64,000 bases of DNA from Phoronis australis. Lineage: Eukaryota > Animalia > Phoronida. The position numbers and the translations under genes are program-made. The DNA lies in the NCBI GenBank assembly GCA_002633005.1, contig NMRA01000013.1:892852-956851 (forward strand), read 5' to 3'. The notes under the pieces are model-generated. The model worked only from the letters and a program-made list of their open reading frames with translations, was not told where the DNA came from and did not search any database. Below, one piece after another: positions 37,471 through 50,582 of this stretch (position 1 is its first letter; every line of letters starts with the position of its first letter).

Positions 37471-39667
37471 AAACTATGGTGGGTAAAAATTTGAAATTTT
37501 ATTGCTTTGGTGCTGACTCCTTCATTCTGGAACAATCAAGCTAAGTGCGATACGGTTTATTGGTTTTCTCAATTCCCTATAGCCATAAAGTCCCATTTCA
37601 GAATTTCTAGTTTCATCATTTGGAATTTGACCCTTGTCTGACGGTGTCTAATCAAATCGATACTGCCTTTTAAATTTATGACACTGAAGCCTAATAATTT
37701 ATGTTTCTGACATGAAACAAAAATGTGCACTCATAAATTATGTGGTAATGATGACCATGCATCATCAGAACAGACAATATTAAGAACTTAGAAACAAAAT
37801 CACTCCAATTTAGGTTAACAAGAATTATTAATATTTCCTTTTTTCAATTTTTGAGGGCTTCTATCATTGTATGAAATTTTACAAAATATCCTGTAGGTTG
37901 CTATAATACAGACTTTGTATGAAATGTCACATGTCCGCCATATTGGGCCCAGAAGTGGTGAGATTTAAGGGGCCAAGATGTGATAAATTACATTTTTTTC
38001 TGTGTGGAAGCTAGACAAAGTGAAACTCTTCTTTTCATTTTTTACGCGATTACCAGCAACAAGAAATAAGAAATAGTTTTGGAATTTAAGCATCTAAGTC
38101 TGCCATTGTGTTTCTCTCAATATGGGAGAAATATGTAGTCTTCTAAGACTTGTTAATGTGGAAAGATTTTAACAATATTTACCTAAGTCATTGAACACAT
38201 TGGTGTCTTGGTATGGTGTGTTGAGCGATTTTACAACAAAACTTGTAAGATAGGGACCCTGTTTGCATAAACTCAATACTAACTGCTGATAAAATGCTTA
38301 ATCCATGTTAAGAACCAGAGTTCCGACAGCAGGAATTCTCTCAGTTTTCTCCTGCTGACAAATAGTTGTTCAGTTTAATTGCCCTGGGTTTTGTTACCTG
38401 TAGTTAATTGTGGCACATTGTATTTATTCATTGGTTATTCCACAGGATTTGGCAAATTTCTCAAACTAAAAATTATAGATATTAGTCTGTTATTAGCTTT
38501 TCTTGGACTCTCTGTGGTTGCTTGCTTGTTTGCTAGGGAGAAGAGGTCAAATCGTCAACAAGTGGGGCTTTATACCAACTATCTGGCATGACTGATGGAA
38601 GAAGTGTAAATGTGAATATAGTTTGTAGTCTGTTGTACACAGAGATATATCAGTGCTTAATTGGGATATGTTCAAGAAATGTGTTTCAGTAAGTTGCGGT
38701 TGCGCCTTTTCGGTGTGAATTTTTCTAATGTCACTGACTTTTGTTTACGTTGCTGTCCAGTGTTTTCACACAGTATGAATAACACACGGGTTAAATCAGT
38801 ATTTCTGACATTATTGACACTGTAGCTAGAGAGAACAGTTGGTTCGCAAAGATGTTGACAAGGCTAAAAATCAGTCACACTCCGCCATTTTCTTTCTTTG
38901 TTGTAAAGCTAACCAATGACTGCTGAGGTTACATGAACCAGTGATAAAACACTGCTGAATGATACATGCGTGTCCCCATCCCCCTAGCAGACATACAGGG
39001 AACCTAAGCAAGTGTTTGGATTATGGTCAAGCTTAGGTTATTTGAAGCAAACTGGAAAACCGACAGTTTTAGCAAGTTAAAAAGAGAATTATTGTATTGT
39101 AACAGGAATGATCTCATCTCTGTCCCTGTATTGGCATGACACCTGTCGGTCATCGTCGGTATTAGTACATTCGTATAATTTGATCATACCTTATTTGGTC
39201 AGGAACCATCAAGTCCAAGAACTTTAACTTGGTGACTTGTCATTGGCCTCGTTTGTCATGTGACACCCTCTAAATAGCGGGCCACCTTGTGGTTTCGGGA
39301 GTTCGGTCACTCTTTCTAGCGTCGTACAGACGCGACATTTTGGCTCTACCAAATTCAACCGAAGCGGAGCTCGCAGTTATGAATGCGTAAGCCCACTTAG
39401 GTTTAGCCCCTTAAACATTTCGACTTTATATCTAAATTCACCCCTATTTACTCCCAAATCAAGTGATCGTTTTCGTATAAGTTATCCCCGCAGAACGCTG
39501 GGGTTTCATCGTCTAACAACTAAGACGCATCAATCACAACGCACACCCACCGCACTTAAACCCTAGAACAAAGACCGACAGTGTCCGACAACGCTACTCA
39601 AGATTGCCTGTGAGTAAACGTACTAGCGACTGTACTGTTTTGTTTAGTTAATAAATGGTGCATACTA

Positions 39668-40733
39668 CCGTAATCGTTCGGATTAACGCCCATGCTCAGT
39701 TAACCGCCCATCCCCGACTTTAAGTGGATTTTCGATTTAACCGCCCACTGCTCGGTTAAGCGCCCCTCTGCGATTTTTGAAGATTTCCTGTTATGCGCCC
39801 ACCTCTCGGTTAAGCGCCCATCCCCGACTTTTAAGGAATGAAGATTTAGTGCCTAGTGCTAAGGAAACGCGCGATTCCCCGACTTTTAGAAAAAGATCGA
39901 CGATCACAATGAGTGCAACGACGCCGGGACTCCGAGACGGTGGTTTAGCAATCTAAATTACAATACAGGTAACGAGTTATTGTCTTGGGTCATGAACTCA
40001 CTTCAAAATATAATACTTGAACCTTTTTGTCACTTTATTTTCTTCCCTTGTTTGCAAAGTTTAAGAACGCCGCCGGCGTCAAAACCTCCGCTTTCAGCGA
40101 CTTTGTCTGCNNNNNNNNNNNNNNNNNNNNNNNNNNNNNNNNNNNNNNNNNNNNNNNNNNNNNNNNNNNNNNNNNNNNNNNNNNNNNNNNNNNNNNNNNN
40201 NNNNNNNNNNNNNNNNNNNNNNNNNNNNNNNNNNNNNAATTTGATGTCAAACCTCTGCAACACGTGAAGCTTGCACGCGCGTACTTAAGCAGGGTCACAT
40301 CTTGAAACAGTTTTAATTCTAGTGGAGGCTGCGAGGTCACTGGTCGTCTGCGCACCGCAGGACGGCACGGGGCTATTACTCAGCAATTTTGTAAATTTAA
40401 TAGTGAATGACTAATCTGGGCAAGAGAACCTTTGTTGGGATCATCCGCTGTTATGATGTTTTCACAGTCTTTTGGCGACGTGACGATAAAGCTCTTTGAA
40501 AAGGGCTACGCGTTCCGAGTATGATTGTCGTGTCGGGATTTAGATCGCCAGGTAAGATTAACCGCTCAGGGTGGTTGTCTGTTGTAATAAGCGCCCATGT
40601 TCGGTTAACCGCCCATCCCCTACTTTATAGGTGGATTTTTGATTTAACCGCCCATTGCTCGGTTAACCGCCCTCCCCTGATTTTTTGGATTCGCCAATTT
40701 AACCGCCCAGGGCGTTAACCTGAACGATTACGG
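39668..40733 (-). mobile_element. Second, inverted copy of the TA-flanked pogo/mariner-like element (gap inside)
   Basis: Highly similar reverse complement of both ends of 33641-35634, with TA on both sides and an N-run at 40111-40237. Confidence 0.9.
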
Positions 40734-43700
40734 TATATACTACAACTTAGCGATTGTTTCTTTTGACTTAAAAGTATGTTCGTTTTTAACACTAAAATAG
40801 TTCACAATTCCTGCCCCGGGCTTGATAACGAGACGCCCCAAGTGTCTCGATTACAGTATTAAGAACTGTTCTTCTAGTTAGTCTGCAAGAGCAGCTTTAC
40901 AATCATTGTTAGAAATTTGATTTGTGACATGCTAATCTTGATAATGTAGGTTTTGTGGCTATAGCTACTAGGTGGCACTAGGGGTTTTGGTAGACAACCT
41001 TCAGTGCCACCTTTAGTTCACCTGATAGTTGGATGTAGATTTGCAATGAGGTATTGAAATTTCTGCAATAATGTCCATGAGAGACAAAAATTGCATTTCA
41101 TCCTTGCCAACTGCTAATCTTAGAAGTTGGGTTGACTGAAAGCTGGTTTTGTGCTCTCACAATATTGAAGAGTTGTACAGGTTGGTTAGTTATTATTAGA
41201 GGAGGACCAATTTGCTTTATAAGAGCGCTCACTCAACTAAGGGGAAAGGTGCCTTTGTTTTTGGAGAAGGAAAAATTCTCCCTCTCAGTCATCATCAATT
41301 CCACCCCTGGTGGCTACTCCTGATTGGTTTTGCCCCAAACAGAAAAAGGTGACATTTTGTGCTCCTTTTTATTGATCCCCTCACTGCTTTGAGGAGATAA
41401 CAAGAATGTTTAGCCTTGTAGTAGGGATGTCAAGCAGTGAACTCTGAACTGCTTCAAATAGCCTTCTTTGCTCAAGGCTACCTGATCACCCCTGCACATG
41501 CGATGAACTAAATCCAGATCCTGTTTTCTTCTGCAAGCCAAAATTTTGAGCTTCATAAGCGAAATTTTGCATGATTTAAAATCTTTATTATCTGAGTTGA
41601 AAAGAGCTTACATATTCAGCCCCAAAAACGATACATTGTAATTAAAAGTTGTCTGGTTGTGTTAGCCACTATGGAGTTTTGAACATTCAACAAAATTTTG
41701 CTGCCTTACAATGCTGTAATTCGATTTTTTTATTACAGTTGAAAAGCCAGTGCTATCAGTCAAATTTTGTAAAATCAGTTACTTGTGAGGATGTATATCT
41801 AGTGGAGATTACCTAAAAATTTTCCGATGTCGGACTATCTCTGAAATTTGGAACACTGATGTTTCAGCAGAAATTGAATTTTCTTAATTCTGGAAATCGG
41901 GACATATTTCTCACATTTCGGACACAGTGTTTTGTGGCAATAGTTTCTGAAAAATTAGACTTGACAGTTAGTTCATCTGTATTTCGGGTGATTCTTGAAT
42001 TTGAAATGGCCAGTAATGCCTGTTTCTAAAATTTGGTACAAGCTCCGACCTTGAGCAAAGTAATTAATTTTTCACAGTCCAAAATTGGAGAATTTTTACC
42101 ACATGACCAGATAGATGTCAGTGCTGTCAGTTTAACAACTTGCTACATATTTTTTACGAAAATGCCCATTTCTTGATATTTCATTGGCAAGAAAAAGTGC
42201 ACCGAGACTCTGCATGATCATAGTCTACGGGGGTCGAACAATAGAGGGGTCACTTCATATTCCTACATTATGTTACAATCTGGACCCCTTTGGTCTATTG
42301 TCTGCTTGGGCATCGCTGATATATCATTTGTCACAAAAATGTGACCTAACAAGCAAACAAGGAAACATGTATCAGGGGAGACAATATTACCTTAGTTTGA
42401 CCAGGTAAAAGCAACCAGTGACACAATTTTTTTGTAGAAGTAGCGAAAAACCAGCGAAAAAGTTTCACAGATTTTTGGCAAATTTGACCTAAGCACCACC
42501 TAGGGAGTGGTGATAAGGCCAGAAGGAAGCATAGTCGGTTCTGGTCTCTGGTACCCCAACTCATTTTGAGGTATGAGTTGGCAGCTATAAAAGTGCGCCC
42601 GCATCAGTTTCTGCCATGGTCTCGTTAATTGTTTGGAAAAGCTGCACAAAGTTACGTACTAAGCAAGGGAATGCAAAATTGAAATGCCATGATTTGCCAA
42701 GATTTGACTGAAAATCAAATACCGACTCATTTTTACCCATCTTGTGTGGATCTTCTTGTTTGGAAAAAATGAATAGTATAAAAATTGCCCCATCCTGCTT
42801 GATTTCGAAAAAACAGAGCAGAACCAACTGTGCTATTTTGTCTTAAAACTAAACATTTCTGTTATAATTTCACAAGTAACTGTGTGACAAAGTCCTCTTG
42901 GAAAGGATATTTATTGATCAGACAGTGTGGTCAAAGGTATCCTGCTTTTAGGCTGATAAGAAAAGAAGCAATCCATCACTATTGTCAGTTGTGTTTTTTA
43001 ATAGCTGAGCTGCTCTTGCTATAAATTTTTGCGATTTTTTCATTAAGGCAGATTTTATTTTTAGAAAATAGCCCTTGATTAATTTTTCCTGCGATCAATG
43101 ATGATTCCTAGAGAAACCTTATTAAAATAAGTAGTACTCTTCCCTATAAAAGGAACATTTAAATGAGGCCATGTAAGATCATTCTTAATTAAATCTTGGT
43201 TCTGAAAATAGGCTACAGTAAACTGACAATGTTTAAGTGCCACTGGAGTACAATTGGGCTTGTATTTGGGGTACGAGGAAAATAAAAGTAATGCTGTTTA
43301 TGATTATAAGCTTATAAGCTTATAATCAGAAATTGTCTGTTACAGTAATAAATGTGTATTATCAGGTTTGTTAAAAAATGTGTAGTTAGGTTTGTTAAAA
43401 ATGTTTAGTTAACTTATGAAATATTTAAATCTGAGAAATTGGTATGGTTAGTTATGGGAGTAATGATGTTTTTATTTAAAATCTCGTCTACGTGTATTTA
43501 AAAATTTGGTTTATGAAACAATTTGAATGAAAAAAAAATTTAATTTTACCATGTGTTGGAAAATTGATCTCAAATTTCATTAAAAATCCATACATCCCTC
43601 AACAAGCAGTATTGAGAGTCTCATGCAAGTTGTTGGCTCTGCGTAGGTGATATCATTAATTCATTGCATCGCAAGAAGTAGGCGATAAATCTCAATTTGT

Positions 43701-44486
43701 GCCTAAAAGCCTTTTGAGAGCACTTAACAGTTGCAATACAATCTGAGTGGTCTGAGTTCTTCCTTCATTTTCCACATATTATGATATAAATGACAGAACT
43801 AAAATATTTTTCTTAACAGAACGAATTACTATGGTAAACTGTTATCCACTTAGCACATGTGATGGACAAGTGAAATTTTATTTAGTAAGAATTTTCAAAA
43901 ACGTAAACATTGATAAATTTTGAAGTGGCTATCATTATCATTTTCTGTGTACTGTAGTGGTCATTATAGCCCTTTCACACTTGTAGACACTTTGGTGTTT
44001 AGGGAAGTGTGAATCAGTGGGAATGCTTAATCTGTTTGTGTACCGAAGTTAAAATCAAAAATGCTTAATGTGATATCAAAGTTATCACAAAAGTTACTGT
44101 GAACAACGGCACCTGTTGGATTAAAATTTTGTACATACTGTGTTTAAGTATTCACCATTCTTCAGCTGAGAATAGCTTGGCAGCATCCCTCTTCTATGCT
44201 AAATTTGTGAGATACACGACAGTGCTGTCTGCTTACAATTTTAATAACGGTACTCTCTTAAACTGCCAGAGTGTTCAACCAATTCTGCATTCTGTTACTT
44301 GATATTTAATTTCTTCTGTTCTCCAAATATGTACTGAACGGTTCATTTAAAGAATAAATTCGTATTGATTTAGCAGAACACCTAATTTGATTTTGGTTGT
44401 ATGTCAACGCACATCTAGTAGCCGGTTGAACTCTGTGGGATAAAACGTGAAATATTGTAAATATGAATAAGGTTAGGCCTTCAAAT

Positions 44487-44668
44487 GTTACGCAGGACCC
44501 TAGAAAAATGTCCAGATTCGGCTTGCTTTGAAACGTCATATCTCGAAAAAGGCCGAGGGGACTCACATGAAACTTTCATTTGTATGCTTTATATACTGTT
44601 CTTAAAAAGTGACAGGAATTGTTTTTAATGTTTTACACTTTTACATGACGGGCTATAAAAGATGACCT
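44487..44668 (+). repeat. Truncated copy of GTTACGCAGGACC-terminated DNA-transposon-like family
   Basis: It aligns with 61454-61650 and ends where the SINE begins. Confidence 0.55.
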
Positions 44669-44671
44669 GAA

Positions 44672-44928
44672 GGAGAAAGCGTGGCTCAGTCGTTTCAGCT
44701 CCGTACTCCCGTTTGGGAGAGCCGGGTTCGAATCCTGGCTTCACTGGCAGACAATGGGGCATTGCACAAAGGTGTCTCCTGCAGTGGTAACCGAGCAGTT
44801 AGTCTGTTAATTATTGCGCAGAAGATAAACCCTTACTGAGCTGCTTAGTTGATGGCATGTTGATGATGCAACGCTGAATAGCTTGTTCAGTGATGAACCC
44901 CCACCAAGGATGAACTACCATCATTATG
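44672..44928 (+). mobile_element. tRNA-derived SINE
   Basis: Pol III A box TGGCTCAGTCG (44682) and B box GGTTCGAATCC (44725-44735). There is no intact cloverleaf, and the non-tRNA body ends in a CATCATTAT-like tail. The 3' boundary is approximate. Confidence 0.7.
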
Positions 44929-46241
44929 TATCCAGGTCTATGGTATGTTATGTTGATTTTGATATCAAGATACCTGTAGAAAGTCTGTCTCTTTGATCAC
45001 ATTGGCTGATCATGCTGGCGACATTAACTTCACCTGTCAGGGAACCCCTACCTTGGAAATGTATGACTCGATCTCCATCCTTGTGTTATCTCTGCATTTT
45101 AAAACATGTCGTCATTATTAAGCTTCTTTTAAGTCACTTTTCTATTAGAGGGAAAGGTTAATCTGCAAGCAAAACTTCGCGGAAAATAGTAGGATTTAAA
45201 AGTGTTGTGGGAAAGGTCAGAGCGAAACTTCATCTAAGTTATCGACAGAGGTCGCAGTTACGAGATGCGATCATGCGAGACTTGCATAAGAAATCTATCT
45301 AAAACGTTTAATATTACCAAGGTTTTCTGTAGCCAAATCAACAATGAGGAAGACAAAAAACGGCCAACTCAAGTTAGCAAGTATGCACTGGTGCCTGTGT
45401 CAGTGCGTTTCAGTTTCGGCGGCCATTTTGTTGGTGTACCAAGAAATTAAAACTTAAATTTTCTACATTAAAGCTCTGCATTTCTTCAAAAAATTGATGT
45501 GTTAAAAGGGCATAAAGTTTTGACAGGTTTGGTTTTCGAGTTAGAACTTGTTTTGTGAACCTTTTTACAAATGTGGCAAGTGTTTTTGTCAGGAAGGGAG
45601 GAAAGTTATTGTCTTCTTTGATTTAAAGTCGAAGACAGATGATCAAGGGCTAAACACAGACTGTTATTCCGTTTCCGTTGTGATTGATGTCTGAATGATC
45701 GACATCATTTGTAAAGTGACCGGACAGCTGATATTGTTTGTAATCTTACCAATTATGGGATAAAAAAATCACAAACCATGACTATATATACTCACCTAGG
45801 GAGAGGGCAATTGTGAAGCATCAAAGCGGTAAGAATCTTCAAGGGAGATTATTGTCTAAAAAGTAATTTTTATAATTCTGTCTCCTACGGAAATGATTGA
45901 GCACTGCAGGTGGAGCTAAATCTCACTGGATATATGCTGCAGTATTTTGAGTTTATAATTCTCTGTTAAAGTCGCTGGCTTTAATTTCAATGGATGTTCG
46001 TCTCACAACGGTGAGAATTGGCGATTTGTAATAAAATCGTACCAGCATGACTGATCTTGTTGTTGTATTAGTCTGGTCAAAGCTAATAACTTCGTGAAGC
46101 CTTTCCCACGCAACTGTACTCCAAAAATGCACCTTGTGGCCTTAAAACCGACAATGTCTCCCCAATAGATGCTTAAGAAATTATGAGACTGAAACATAGA
46201 TGTTTCAGGTATAACATAACAGGTTGCAACTTACACCTTGG

Positions 46242-46713
46242 CAGGCCTTTATGCAGCGTATGTCGTGGTGGTCCACTGATCTGGACGCCCTGGCAAGGAC
46301 GCCCAAAGTATCATTTGGATGCCCACTGTCAATAGGAACCTTTCAAGTTTGGACTCGCATTGTAATGAATACTAGGAAGCCTCTGAAGGCTTACAGTGGG
46401 GGCTCTTTTTTCAAAGCAGGAAGACATATACTATGTATATACAAAGTATATACAATGTTGCTATGCTCACACTTGGTTGATAGCATTGTAAAATCTTCTT
46501 GGTCTACAGTTTTTTTTAGTAAAATTACAAACTACAGAAGGCTGTTTTGTAATCTTAAATGTAAAAACCTTGGTCTAGGCAATTTTTGTAAAAAAATCTG
46601 TGTTTGGGGGTATTGCTGGAGGTGGGGGGTTATGCGTCGGAATCATGGACGCCCTGGAATACTGGGAACCCCATTTTGGACACCCTATTTTTGAAATCCT
46701 GGATAAAGGCCTG
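46242..46713 (+). mobile_element. Internally deleted copy of the 8-bp-TSD hAT element
   Basis: TIRs CAGGCCTTTATGCAG / CTGGATAAAGGCCTG with TSD CACCTTGG/GACCTTGG. Confidence 0.88.
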
Positions 46714-48245
46714 GACCTTGGTCCAAAAACTTGATATTGCCATTGGCAATTGTCCGCATCAAGTTCTTTATAGAACGTTCCATACCAATGTTGTTACAGC
46801 AATGTTTTGGTGGCAATCAGTAGAAATGGCCAACTTTGGTCCTGGATCCAAGTTTACAGTGCAAGTTAATTGGATTTTCCAAGCGCTTAAACAGGTGGAT
46901 TTAAAAGCTTTGCGTTGATGGTTCAAGTTTCGTGTGACCGGTTAACTACAGCGTCATTGTAGTTGTCACCAGATGTCACTGTCTGTAAGAAGGCCACGTT
47001 TTGTGGTATCCTTTGGTACAATAAATTCTGGCCAGTTTAGGACACAATAGGGCAGAGAAGGGAAATGTTATTTTCTCACTTTTCCATGAATGACGTGTTT
47101 GAAATGGATGAGGTTTTACTGTACCATCTGTTTTAAATATTCGCAATGATATCACTATAACGACCAACTTCATTTCACGCATAATGCAACCGTATACATA
47201 ATATTTCAAAACTAAAAAAATCGCCTGCATTACGTTTTTGTAATACCATCTCGTGATAATTCCAATTCCCCACGCTTCAAACTGCTTTAGGTCGGTGTCA
47301 ACTAACAGCTGAAGCCAGTGTGAAGGATTCACCTAGTCTGGCAGTTTTCATCAAGGATCTTCTAGTATAGCAAAGAGTTGATATGAAAAGACCTTAATAA
47401 GGAAAAACATCATCAATGTCCATTTTATAATAATGACATAATACCTTGATACACTTCATTAGATTGTTTGGCAGATCATAACGATGAATTATTGATTGAT
47501 GTATTATGTCTTTATGTGAGCCTAATTCCCCATTATCTGTATTTGATATAAACATTACCTATTACGCATTTCCATGTTCTAAGCTACTTTGGAATGGTTT
47601 GGCTGGGGGAAATCGCCATCCCAGCTAATTTATTTATTGTATTTCTGGGTCTGCACTGAATAATTAGCATCATTTAAGGGCCAATTGCAGTGATTAGCTT
47701 ATTTTTTGTTTGAACAAATATTGGGCTTAACTGGGAAGAAGTTAAATTTCTAACATTTATTTTGAAATCTAGAGAGGTTTTCAAATCGCTAGAATTAAAA
47801 CCTGTGTGTTTAAGATCAGAATTTTGAGTAGTGAGTAGGTATGATGTATGGAGGGAAAAGGGAAGACTTATTCACACTGAGGATTCATGTCATGACCAGA
47901 AAAGGCAGATCAATAGTGGTGCTTTCATATTGGCACTCTCAAGAGTAATGAGAGCGAGAAAGTGATTTCTGCTTGATCCTGACTTAGATTTGGTGGACAG
48001 AAATTCAATTATGATTTAGAAGTTCATTAATTTCGAAATACAGGAATAAACCTTTGACAGCCCCTCCTATTGATGGATAGTTTAACTAATTTCTTTTAAC
48101 TTTTTGACATTGGCTGAGATCAAAATTCTCGCGCTTTATGACTTCATAGCCATGGATTCTTCTTCACAGTGAGAAATGTATGAAACATGGTCTCCGTCAT
48201 TCCTACGTGGTTTACCTTTTTATGCACTCACACTATTTGTAGACA

Positions 48246-49497
48246 TTTTATGCCATCACCCCTGTTTATTCGGCATGTGGTATCCAGGGTCCAGCTCTAT
48301 CTTCAAAACCCTTTGATAATATGTTCATGAAATTTTATACATTTGTTCCTTTTATGGATGGGATGGCGTGAGTGAACGTTCCGATGGATCTGACTACCGG
48401 TGTGCCCTTTAGTAGTAATTTTAGTTTAAATTACATTTACCAGTGTGTCTTCAAAGATCCTCTACGGATTTTCATAAATTTGGCAAATAAGCATCTATTA
48501 GTGAGATGACGCTACTCTCCTGTTTTTGGATGGATTCGAGGTATTTTGCACCACCCAGTGGCCATTTTTACTGTTTTTGGTGTCTGCCCCTCTGTTAACC
48601 AAACCACTCTAAGGTTGATTGTGAAAATTGGTATATATGCTCCTACTGTGAAGAGGATGGCTGACGTTGATTTTCGGACATGTTCAACTACTTTGGCAGT
48701 GACTGGCACCCCTTAGTGGCAATTTTTTTGTTTCCATGACTGTATCCTCCTTTTCCTTTTGCAAAATCATTTTGAAGCTCTGCAGAAGTATTCTTATGGA
48801 GGTGGCAACAGATGACGATGAGTTTTAGACCAATCCAACTACAGCTGTGCCCCCTGGTGGCAACTTTATATTTTATGTTTGCTTTTGTAACTTCAGTGTT
48901 TTGTAAAGCTTTTTCATGAAATTTGGCAAACTAATTTCTGTTATGAAGATGACAGCACCTTTCCTTTTTTGTGATGAATTCAACTTGTTCTGCACCAACT
49001 AGTGGCCATTTTAATTATTTTTAGTGTGTTTTTTGTGGTCTGCTTCTGTTTCCTCTGCCATACCGCGCAGAGGATCGTTATAAAAATTAGCAGACAAGAG
49101 ATTGGCTGACGAGAATTTTGAAATGAGTTCAAGTACTTTGGTGCCTCTTACTGACATATTTGCACATCTACGGTTGCATCTCATAAACCCCTTGCGAGAT
49201 GTTTTTGAGGTTTTGCAATTGTACTCCTATCAATTTGACAACAGATGGATGGATTTGACTAGTGCTGTGGTTCCTAATGTCAGTTTTTTTCTACGTTTGC
49301 CTTCGTGTCTTGGGAGTTCTTTGACGAGTTTTCGTGAAATTTGTCAAATACTTTTGAGAGATGACACAGTCACCTTCCCATTTTTGGATGGGTCCACTGT
49401 ATTTTGTGCCATCTACTGGCCATTTTTTATGATATAAATAAACACCCCTGGAAGCACACTATTTGCGGTGCAGTCGTGGGTGCATTTCAACGCTTCC
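48246..49497 (+). mobile_element. Helentron/HINE-like element, copy 4 (older, diverged)
   Basis: It has the same monomer series (e.g. TATTAGTGAGATGACGCTA, GTGAAAATTGGTATATATG) and the 3' end GTGGGTGCATTTCAACGCT. Confidence 0.8.
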
Positions 49498-50436
49498 AAA
49501 AGTAATAATAGTACTCTCCACCGCACTGCAGTAGAAATGTTCCGGAAAGATTTTAAAATGCTGTTTACACAAGTAGGTTTAACTTCCCATCCACATTATG
49601 TAGGATTTGAAAGTGGCGCTGGACACCTGTTCGCCACAGGCAAGATAGTGAATTTCAATATGGTGCGACAATTCTGAAAATTAGCTTTTTTTATAGTGCC
49701 TAATGGTTTATTTGAATCTGATCACACATTTGTCAAATATATTTCCAATGTTGGCCACATTTTGACAGTTTCTCAAGTTTGTTCATGAGTTTAAATAGTG
49801 GAAATTACAGTTAAGATAAACTGGCCACATTCTGATCTAGGTCCCTTTCTCACCACTGTAGATCCGATGTCAACTTGTTACAAATTCAAATGAGAAGTGT
49901 TTTTTGGTATCGCAAAGAACTGACTGTTTGTTATTTCTTAAGCGTGGCATTAGTTTTTGGCCAAATCAGAATTAAGAAATGGAAAACAAAAACGACTCAT
50001 TATCGAAACGACGTTTTGATATTAATCGTACATCCTCATCGGGTACAGTAGTCAGACAGACCAAATCTCAACAGAATGCTTCATGTTACAGTGCATGGTG
50101 CAGGATCTGTCAACTAAAAATTCTACTACACGTACTTTGATGTGACCCTTTGTTCTTTGACCCACTTATATCGAAATGTTGTTTTCACACTGTATTCTGA
50201 GCATTGTTTTTGTCTTCCACGTTTTATTTCTTTGAGGCGTTGCTCAGTGCATAAAGTAACCCACCATGGGCTCTCAAGCAACATCAAACTGTTCGTTCTT
50301 CTGAAGCATGAAATCGTCAGCAGTTTGACGAAGGAAAATTTGGGACAATTTTATGGTTAAAATTAAGTGGTCCAACTTAAAAGTTGTTTTCGTTATTATA
50401 GGTAGGCTTCTATCAGGTTTGATACTTAGGTAGGCT

Positions 50437-50582
50437 CAGTGGCAGATTTAGAGGGGGGCCAGGGCCCCCCTAAAATTCTCCTAGATCCATTTGGCAGTTC
50501 GGGGGCGCAGATGTCTGACGAGCAAAATTCTGGCTAATACTCTGACGTGCCCCCCCAACTCAAAATCCTGGATCTGCCCCTG
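50437..50582 (+). mobile_element. MITE, homolog of 16847-17009
   Basis: Termini CAGTGGCAGATTTAG / CTGGATCTGCCCTG with 5-bp TSD AGGCT/AGGTT. Confidence 0.8.

Noticed and set aside
44678-44745. tRNA gene
   Set aside because: It has A/B boxes but no intact acceptor or D stems, and it continues into a SINE-like body.
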